DNA of 62,942 nt, the filler included, from Reticulomyxa filosa (lineage: Eukaryota > Protista > Foraminifera): the NCBI GenBank assembly GCA_000512085.1. It is 18 parts of 18 records of this genome, joined end to end, with 100 filler letters (N's around TTAATTAATTAA, not from the genome) between each part and the next. Parts side by side here need not be neighbours in the genome. Positions count along the whole stretch, not along the records: positions 53,994 to 61,410 come from ASPP01050566.1; positions 61,511 to 62,942 come from ASPP01019662.1; 16 more parts are not named here. One strand, given 5' to 3'. Below the pieces are notes generated by a model. It saw only the letters and a list, made by a program, of their open reading frames with translations. It searched no databases and was not told the DNA's origin. Below, in pieces: positions 53,994 to 62,942 of this stretch (position 1 is its first letter; every line of letters starts with the position of its first letter). Made by a program: the position numbers and the translations under genes.

Positions 53994-54765
53994 AAAAAAA
54001 ATTAATGAAATACAATTATCTAAAAAATTTATTTATGAAATATTACAATATTCACCTATTGTTTTTCATAAATGGTTTGAAAGAAATTGGATTACATCAT
54101 CACAATGGATTGAATCAAGATCTTTATATACTAGAAGTTATGCTGCATGGTCTATGGTTGGATTTATGTTAGCATTAGGTGATAGACATTTAGAAAATAT
54201 TATGATTCATACTAATACTGGTGAATGTGTTAATATTGATTTTGATTGTCTTTTTGATAAAGCTAAATCATTTAAAGTTCCAGAACAAGTACCATTTAGA
54301 TTAACACGTAATATAATTGATGGTTTTGGTATATGTGGTATTGAAGGTGTATTTAGACGATCTTGTGAAATTGTATTACATATTTTACGAGAAAATAAAG
54401 ATGTTATTTTAAATACATTACATTCCTTTGTTTATGATCCACTTATTGATCATAATATGATGCAATCTTTTATTATTCAACAAAGTTCTTATAATTGTTA
54501 TGCTAATGAAGATATACATGTTACTAGAGCACCTTCTGATCAACAATTAAATAAAGAAGCAGAAGCAGCAAAAACATGTTTATATAATGTTAAATTAAGA
54601 TTAAATGGTCATGTTGCAGTACGAAAACCAAATTATCCATGTCCTGTTTATGATAGTACCAGTATTGCTTTAAGTGTTCAAGGACAAGTTCAACAATTAA
54701 TTGATCAAGCTACAGAAATAAATGCATTATCCAAAATGTTTCCTGGATGGATGCCATTTTTATAA
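53994..54765 (+). CDS. ATR: ATR/Mec1 PIKK kinase, C-terminal kinase lobe and FATC; 5'-partial
   Basis: YTRSYAAWSMVG, LGDRHLENI, IDFDCLFDKA, VPEQVPFRLTRN, EGVFRRSCE, FVYDPL, LSVQGQVQQLI...MFPGWMPFL*. Confidence 0.92.
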
Positions 54766-55361
54766 TCTTTTTTTCAAAATAAAAAAAAATTATAATTATT
54801 TAAGTTGGTTTAAAAAAAATGTTTGAGAGAATTTGGGACTAATACTCACTTTTTTTAATCTAAAGAGAAGGAGACTTGGAGTTCATTGTGACTTACCTTA
54901 TCTACTCTTGCATAAATCAATATTCATATTGCCAGATGTCAACAAAAACTCATTTGCACTTTCAATCAGCGACGTCTTAGTTAGATCGAATTGCTTTTTC
55001 AAGAGAAGCTTAATTAAATATACTCGTGCAGAAAAAAAAAATTGTTCAATTTGTTAACACAGAACGAAAAAAATTACAGATGAACACTTCTATCAAAAGA
55101 TGCACAAAGTATATTTCTGATTGGACGAAAAATTCTCGGAAATGTGTAAATTCTTCTAAAAGCAAAAAATTCTGAAAGCAAAGAAAATGTTCTTGTTGTC
55201 ACATACACATGGAAAATAAGTGGAGGGGAACGAACAACATACATACTTGACTCTGTCCACTCAATTTTTCAACAAAGTTTATACAAAAAATCCACATTCT
55301 TGAATCCCTCAAAACTTGTAAGTTGTATTGTATTTTATGTATTATTTATTTTTTTCAAAAA

Positions 55362-57022
55362 TTAAGTATGAGATAGATCAGCTTTATCGATATCATCATG
55401 CTCACTCCACAAATCTTTGACAGCTTCAATTTGTCCCATTAAAGCTGGTAACTGGCTTAGAGCAGTTGTATACCAATTTCGATCTCCAATATCCTCAATG
55501 CATCCTTTGTAAGGTTCTAATATCGACACCCATTTGTCCGAAGTATTTTGAACACAGTAGATGACCACACACAAGGGGACACCCAAATCAATTAATTTGG
55601 CGCACATAGCGATTAATTTGGGTGCTTTGGCGAGCCATTCAAATAATGAATACTTTGCTAAATCTTCAGTCGATTGTGGAGGCTCCAATCCTTGGAAATC
55701 ATAATCAAGCATTAACTGTCTTGTTCTAAAACAAGAACAAACAAAATAATTGCATGTGTACAGAAAGAGAGATGCTTTAATGTTTTTTTTTTGGTATAAT
55801 CTAAGCAAACCTGATTCTAAGCAATTGACAGGCATTTGTTTTGGAAATAGATTTTAGACGATAGGCACGACAATCAATTTGCCATTGATTCTTCAACCGA
55901 TCAAATTCTTCAATTTCTTTATGAACAGTGCTATGACAAATGAGCAAAATTCGAACTCTGGCAATTTCATTGGATAAAACATTCAACGTGGTTAAAAATC
56001 TTCGCAATTGATCTTCCTTATATTCCAAATGATCGAGAATGAACATGGTCGGTCCATGACATTTTTTTTTTATTTGTGCTAACACAGTTTGCTCGTCCAA
56101 AGGTTTAAAAATGATTCGTCGTGTTTGCACACTTCCGTCTTTTCTATCTTTCCAAACTTCTTTTGGAAATTCATTTAACGACGATTTGAACAGACTTCGA
56201 ACTTTTTCGTATATGTCTTTATCCAATGTGGTCATCAAGCGTTTTTCTTGGTTTTTATGAGCGCGGAACAAAATGTATCTATCTTGGTCTTGGTCATCGA
56301 CATATTGAATAACGGAAGGTGTTTCTTCGTATTGTTCGGTGCAAATACGGTCATGAATTTCTTTGGGATAGTCGACCATTCGATTAGTATGATCATCGCG
56401 CTTTTGGAATCTGCCGCGGTCAATGTCCACGTTCATGCGATCGGCTATGAATCCAAACAATCGATCGGAGTCGATCAACGGAGTCAAATCAACCCACCAG
56501 ACGCCCCCAGGGAAAAGTGGAGTGTACCATGGACGAGTGAAGAACTGAGCAACGCATTGTCCAACAGTCGTGCAGCCAACATATTTGGGCCCACACAATA
56601 CTACAATGTCTTGAGGCTTAAATCCATCGGGGTGTAACAAGTGTACTAAGTTGCGCACATCTTCTTGTCTTCCCAACACCTTCATCATACTGTCATAAGC
56701 GCCATGGCCAAAGTTGGTTGGAATTTTATGCAATATGGGTGGGATTGGCTCGTCTTCTTCCACAAACGGTAAGTCATGAAGCACTTTTTCCTTGTGATCA
56801 TCGTTGCCGAGCAACAAAAACTTTTTGCTGTGTTCGTGGGGGGCCTTTGGTTGGCAGCAAGTCATTTGCTGATAGCCAGGACACCCTTTGTGATGATGAG
56901 TACTGCAACAGCGGACTTTTTGACAGTAAGGGCACAAGCACTCTGCTTTGTGTCCTTCATGTCGGCAACAGCAGTCTTCGTGCTCTTGTAACTTTAGTTC
57001 TTTTTTTTTTTTTTTTTCTCAA

Positions 57023-57065
<43 letters not shown>

Positions 57066-60049
57066 CTTATGTATTTATTTTACAAAAAAAACAACACAAA
57101 TATACCGGCTTGAGCGTTTTTGAATGCTTCCAAAACCATTTTTTCTGACCGAGCAGATTTTCATAAAAGCTTTGGGCGAATGAAATCGCCATTTTGTCAT
57201 GGATTTGCACTAAAGAGTGAACAGCGACGACGTGGGGCACGCCCGCGTCGACAAAGGCAGAGGCCACTTGTTCGCTGAAACAAGTGGAGACAAAAACGAG
57301 TTTCAGCTTCCAGGAGCTGTCTTCCAAGGCCGACTTAATCATGACGCTGCTGACGTCTTCCATTCCTCCTTTTCCGTTTTCCACTTGAAGCATTTGAGCA
57401 TTGGGACCGTGGCCGCTGATGTGTAAAATTTGGGTCCCTCGTTGGATGCACATCATCAAAGATTGTTTGGTGAGAACACCAAAAAACACGCCGATTTGGC
57501 GTTGGGTTCGACGGAACACCAGTTCTAGTTTGTCGCGTTCCAGCCCTAAGTCGAGTGAACTTTCGCCTTCCAATGGACTGGAATGCAACACTGCGACGTT
57601 CAATGTTCGTTCTGAAAATGGGATTCTCCCCCGTAGACTGTGTTCACTGGGGATTTTTTCCTCTTCAACCAAGGTTTTTTTAGAAGAAGGCGATTGTATT
57701 TGTGGCTGTGATTGTGGCTGTGTTTGTATATGTGACTCTGAGCTTGATTTGTTTGTTGATTCTGAGCTTGATTTATTAGTAGGTTCAGAGCTTGATTTAT
57801 TAGTGGGCTCAGAGCTTGATTTGTTAGTGGGCTCAGAGCTTGATTTGTTAGTAGACTCTGAGCTCGATTTATTAGTTGACTCTGAGCTTGATTTGTTAGT
57901 GATGTCAGTCGTCTTCTTTGGAGAAATGCTTTCCACATCGCTTATTTTTTCCTCTTCTTCTGGTTTGGGGTCTTCCGATGATAAGGGGGCTTCGTCCGGC
58001 AGAATTGGATCATACGGTGGCAGGCCAGCGCTACTTTGGTGTAGCAATGCAATGGTCGGATTTCTGGGCAAAAAGTGGTTCATTGAGTCGAATCCCTCTG
58101 GCGGTAAACTTGGAATTCTGGGGATGGTAGGCTCTTCAAGTTCCATTTGCCCTTTGTTATCTGACAGATCTAAGTCCGGCGCGAGTTCGTCGTCGCTGTC
58201 TTGTGACGGCTCACGGTCTTTGCCTTTGTCGTTGGCACCTTCGCGGTTGTTATAGTCATCCACTTGAAGCATTGAGGCGACCATCGATCGTCCTTTCAGT
58301 AGCTTCGGATACACTTTGTTGTTAATGTATGAGGGCTCGCGTTCTAATGATGGATCTTCATCCAACAGCCGCAATACCACATTCAACAACTTTGTTTTTT
58401 CACGCGCGTCCTGAAATCTCCCCGTCCGACACAATCTCCACAGCGCTAGTGACAGCGCTTGAGAGGGCAGCGCCATGTCTGTGCATACACTCGCGTACAT
58501 TTCACTACAGTTTCATTATTTAGCACAATCAATTATTATTATTATTATTATTTTTTTTTTTTTAAAAAAAAAAAAGAAGTTTAAAAAATAGTCAATTTAT
58601 ATATTGAATTGTCCATATATCTATATAACACGTATCTACATATATATATATATATATTACACATTATATATACATATATGTACTACATATGCTCTCTTCT
58701 TAACTTGAATCTTTCCGATGAGTAATTTCCCATGCCCATCGCTTCTAAGAATAAAGAACAATTACTGCGGACAGCATCATCACGATCTGTTTTGTTTTGT
58801 TTTGTTATATAATGTTTATGTAAATAAAGATGAAAAAGAAGAAAAAAAAATGTAAATGATCCATACGTGTGAGTTTAAGATTATAAGCTCTTTCTATTAA
58901 CCCCGCTCGCGCGCAACTCTCTTGTATGACGTCTGATTAGGCCGTGATCAGCACATTTTGTATGAGTGTGTGTGTGTGTGTGTGTGTGTTTTGTGTATCA
59001 GCAGAACAACACCTAAAGTAAGCCAACATTGAACTTAGAGGAGAGATAAGAGAGATAAAAAGAAAGTGTAACATCTATCTGGTGAAACTATTTTGGCCAA
59101 TAGCGAAAATGTGTTCCCAATGATACTAACAGCGCCGTCGTCAATATTTCCACATTTAAATAAACATTCCATATGATCTTTTTTTTCCCAAAACTTCCTG
59201 AGCAATTCTATTGTGTCCACGTCCGTCCCCCCCCCCCCCCGAAACAAGATTTTTTATTATTATTTCTTCACACGTCACACTACAAGTACAATCCCAAGAC
59301 ACAATGCAAACCTTTTTTGTCTCTAAAGTCATCTTTGGTCTGGAAGCACACTTGATTGAGGACTACTAACCCTGCTTCCCATATTTGTGCGTCCTTTGCA
59401 TAACAACAACGACAGCGACAATAACAATCAAAAAAAAAAAAAGAAAGAAACATAAACACATCTTATCAAATGATAGTTTGTTATCTGTCATACCAAAAAA
59501 TTTGATAGTTTACAAAGTTTCAAAAATTGCTTTTCTCATTTAAAAAAAAAAAAAATCGTACACAAAAAAATGGATAACTTGCGATTTTTGTAAGAATTCA
59601 ACACTTAAATCTAAAATATTATATTGAAACAATACTTTATGCAATTTCTGTTGGGACGATACAAACGCCAGTGTTCGCAATGAATTTAGCTGAAGCATTT
59701 CATCTTTATCTTGTGTGAATTTCACAATGCGAGGAATATGTTTATTAAATGCCGACATTTCTAAATTTCGTCATCACCCATCCACATTGTATCAAAAAAA
59801 AAAAAAAAAACGCGTCAAATCAAAAAGTTGAGAGGCAAAAAAAAAAAAAAACAACTCGTTGAGATATGTCGTGCTTCCAATCTTAGCAAAGGCAAAACAA
59901 AAACATAAATGAGGAAATCAATAATAACTGTGAGTAAGTTGGGAATTGTACCACATTTGAGCTATGTTTAAATAGTGGTCAGCCGCTTCTTGATCTGCCA
60001 TGCCGTTGGCAGCAATCAGGACTTGTAATTCATCGCCGTCGGTTGTCAT
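55362..60049 (-). CDS. Multi-exon ARM/HEAT-like + CHAT (caspase-like) protease + Cys/His cluster + STAND-type NTPase protein
   Basis: ATG at 60049 and helical-repeat exons. CHAT: VLHSSPL...LDLGLE, ILHISGHG, LQVE, LVFVSTCFS, AGVPHVVAV, AISFAQSFYENL. Cys/His cluster. NTPase: VLGRQED, VVLCGPKYVGCTT, FPGGVWWVDL, MFILDHLE, RILLIC. Confidence 0.8.
57733..57900 (-). repeat. Coding minisatellite, 7 x 24 bp encoding TNKSSSE(S/P)
   Basis: 168 bp, seven units visible in both DNA and translation. Confidence 0.95.
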
Positions 60050-60523
60050 GGCGTTTTTTTATTATTGATCTTACTTTTTCTTTTTTTTTTTTAAAAAGAG
60101 TTCATATTATGATTTTTTTTTTTGTCGTTTGTTTTTTCCTGCTCCCCACACATCACCCTTTCTTTTAAACTAGTTGTCAATGTGAATCGCAACGTATGGT
60201 ATCAAATTCATGCAACAAAACGGATAAAAAAACAAATACTGCCAAAAATATTTGTTTTTGCTTTCGTGGATATCAATGGAGATGTTGAATCTGCTTTCAA
60301 AGTTCTGTTCAAATTTTAATTTTCGAAAGGGGTAGAAAAACACCTTTTGTAAAGCCCTTGAAAGCTAACTTGCTCCTAGACCTGCAAAAAAAAAAAAGGT
60401 ATTTCTCGAGGAATTAAGAATCCAAGATAAATTGTTAATCCTGTATTTTGTCAAAAAGCGAACTGTTTCAACAAAGTGAGTTTTTCACTTGGAAATATCA
60501 ATAATAATAAAAAAAAAAAAAAA

Positions 60524-61303
60524 ATGCTACAAAAAAATTGGCTTCTGTTCTATTCTTGCTGTCTAATATTGCAAACTCATAGTCTGTCTGAAAGGCGTTA
60601 TTTCATCGACTTGCCGCAAGTGGAAGTACCGTTTAGTGCAGCGGTGGACGACGTATTGAGACAAGACTTTATTCGAGAGATAATTGGGTTGCGTGATGAC
60701 GAAATAGCATCTTACGACCCATCATTTGGGAAACTAGGGATAGGGATGAGTGCAATATACGGAGTACGAAACGCACGTTTGAGTCTGCGACAAATGAAAA
60801 AGGAGTTGAAAGAGGAGGTAAATAGCTATCTGGCATCACGAAACGAGGGAAGCCTGAAAGAGATGGAAGGGCAGATAATGGAATTGGAAAACGAGCTTTT
60901 TGAAAGAATAGACGAATGGAATCAAAACGGAGAAGGAGTAGCAATGAGAAGAGAAGAAGAAGGATTGATATTGGATAATTGGGGTCGGTTAGTCCGATCG
61001 ATCCAACGAGCGTACAAATGGATCGAATCGGATCGTCATTACAATGGAATAAAACGTCATTTGAGTCGACGGCCAGGTTCGAATGCAAACATAGCTTCTG
61101 TGGTACCTATGGCAAAGTCTAATGACTATGGGCCAATGTTCCCCATTTCCAAATGGTCTTGGACACACCAAAGCAGACACCCTTTGGACACACTTCAAAC
61201 GGTCCCTTCGTCCAACATACCCTATGTGCGTTTGAACAATGGATTGTTAATGCCTGTCATCGGTTTTGGTTCGTGGCCTTTGATTGGTGAGGATTGCTAT
61301 CAA
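60524..61303 (+). CDS. Aldo-keto reductase with signal-peptide-like start and long N-terminal extension; 3' end lost at linker
   Basis: MLQKNWLLFYSCCLILQTHS start, coiled-coil segment, then IPYVRLNNGLLMPVIGFGSW (AKR first strands) and a GT donor at 61304. Confidence 0.75.
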
Positions 61304-61325
61304 GTTTGATTACAAAAACTATATT

Positions 61326-61329
<4 letters not shown>

Positions 61330-61397
<68 letters not shown>
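61330..61397. repeat. (TA)n microsatellite
   Basis: Long perfect TA run in the intron at the contig end. Confidence 0.95.
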
Positions 61398-61405
<8 letters not shown>

Positions 61406-61510
61406 ATATANNNNNNNNNNNNNNNNNNNNNNNNNNNNNNNNNNNNNNNNNNNNTTAATTAATTAANNNNNNNNNNNNNNNNNNNNNNNNNNNNNNNNNN
61501 NNNNNNNNNN

Positions 61511-62920
61511 CAGTCTGCCAACTTTACTTTTGTTATGAAATGCCTTTTCACACCCGCGAGTGGCAGCTTTGCGCATTCTTATGTATGGACTAATTTCACA
61601 TAACGCGCCTCCAATGGAAACTTCTTGCTGGATATGACAATGTCAAGCACAGTGCCAGTGATGCTTATGATTGCAACGACGAAACGCAGTTCATGCTCTC
61701 TTTTTACTCATTTGTCAATTGTTTTAACACGTTGGACTGGTGTTATGCGCGCTAATACTTGGGTGCCGCTGCTGTATTCAACGATTTGATTTGGTGCGCA
61801 AGGAAAAGCTAATGTTGTTGCGCATTTGTTACAAAAAGCAACAACGTTGTGCCAGTCGATAATTGCATCGACGATTCGAAAGCCGCTCATTATTTATCAA
61901 GAAAAAAAGTTTGTATATTGTTAATGTGTTGGTGGCGCTGGGCCCTGCTGGGTGGATACGTGGACATATTTAATGTCAGCAGCCGAGCCCTCCCCCACAT
62001 GGTCTTGGTTGGTCACTTATGTGCACATATTTCAAGTTCATGTTACCTGTTTGGGTCCATTGCTTGAAAAATTTTATTTTATATACTTTTTTTTTATATG
62101 TACGTATTCGATAACTAATAGCAACACGACATCTTTATACGTATATTGATTATTTATTTCTATTTATGTGATATGTGTTGCTTTAAATATTTCAATAGAT
62201 ATTCCAAGGTATATCAACGAAGTTTTGGAATGCAGACAGACATGTCTTCGCTGTATACATTGGTCATTGGTGCTGCAGCGAGTTCCCAGCGATAATGATA
62301 ACTGTGACAGCAACGACAGTAACAGTAATATCGATGGTTGCAGTAAATGAAAGTATAAACTGGAAACCTTATGGTCGAATTGTTGCTGATGGAAACCCAA
62401 TTTGTCGTCGAATCATGAAATCCGCACTACAACGCACGCGCCCGTCTTTCTCCAATAAATTCGCTGCATCAATCCCATCACTTGGAGAAAAATGGCTTGC
62501 AAGTCGCCAATTTGTACTTTTTTGCGTTGGATTAGTGTCGAACGTGAGTTTTGAATTGTAAATCGTGTAGAATCTTGGGCGCACTCAAAAATCAAGCTGA
62601 ACCATGTCACGTGAGAAAACAAGAATGAAAAACAACAACCGATACGTCCAATAACGAAGAAGAAAATAAAAGTAGTACAATCACTCATCGGATAGCCAAT
62701 CCAAGCATTTTCGAATGGAAGCATGGTTATGAGTGCATAATTTTCCAATAACGACCATTATTCAAGGCCAAAAGTGTGTCCCTCATCACAAGGGCGGCGA
62801 TAGAGGATGAAATTCGTATTTAGAAAACATCCACTATATGATCCCACTGGAACAGTTGTACAAAATTCTCCCAGGAGGAGGAGGATGATGACGAAAGAAA
62901 GGTAGTTCCGCGTTGGATTT
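61511..62920. pseudogene. Coding-like sequence with no intact reading frame (unassigned relic)
   Basis: Exon-like GC content and a trinucleotide-type low-complexity tract, but all frames are repeatedly interrupted. Confidence 0.3.
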
Positions 62921-62942
62921 GTTTTTTTTAAAAAAAAAAAAA

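Noticed and set aside
57401-58255. 284-aa plus-strand ORF with SELDLLV repeats
   Set aside because: Antisense shadow of the CHAT gene linker.
52791-60049. RNF213-like + ATR + CHAT-STAND as a physical defence cluster
   Set aside because: A linker at 53894-53993 separates the RNF213-like contig, so adjacency is unsupported. ATR is a housekeeping gene.
3685-61510. 17 recurring TTAATTAATTAA motifs as a CRISPR-like array or DNA-elimination signal
   Set aside because: Always embedded in exactly 44+44 Ns. This is an artificial six-frame-stop contig linker.

Overview
AT-rich, intron-containing eukaryotic genomic DNA. It is not one continuous locus: 18 short contigs are joined by 17 identical 100-nt artificial linkers (N44-TTAATTAATTAA-N44), so gene adjacency across linkers carries no information. 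Short microsatellite-rich introns, low-complexity coding runs, WD40 and RNF213-like paralogues and many relics resemble the foraminiferan Reticulomyxa filosa (inference from recalled sequence style, not verified). Recognisable genes, many truncated at linkers or frameshifted in homopolymers: NDR and PKG-type AGC kinases, an AAAP-type transporter, an ABCB N-terminus, an IQ-repeat/NACK-C-like protein, a mid-SUN protein, a TPR protein, a class I PDE, a C2H2 zinc finger, WD40, a VASt lipid-transfer protein, a DEAH helicase, a Tim17-family protein, an acylated EF-hand protein, a VIT/vWA protein with a CaaX tail, the ATR C-terminus and an aldo-keto reductase. Relics: copine, RNF213-like, WD40, Tc1 (DD34E), a LINE and a MITE-like element. 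The best candidate for an undescribed system is the apparently complete gene at 55362-60049 (-): helical repeats, a 7x octapeptide linker, a CHAT caspase-like protease with His/Cys dyad, a Cys/His cluster and a STAND-type NTPase whose Walker A Lys is replaced by Cys. Also notable are a multi-hairpin ncRNA candidate at about 7395-7674 and recurring self-complementary introns.
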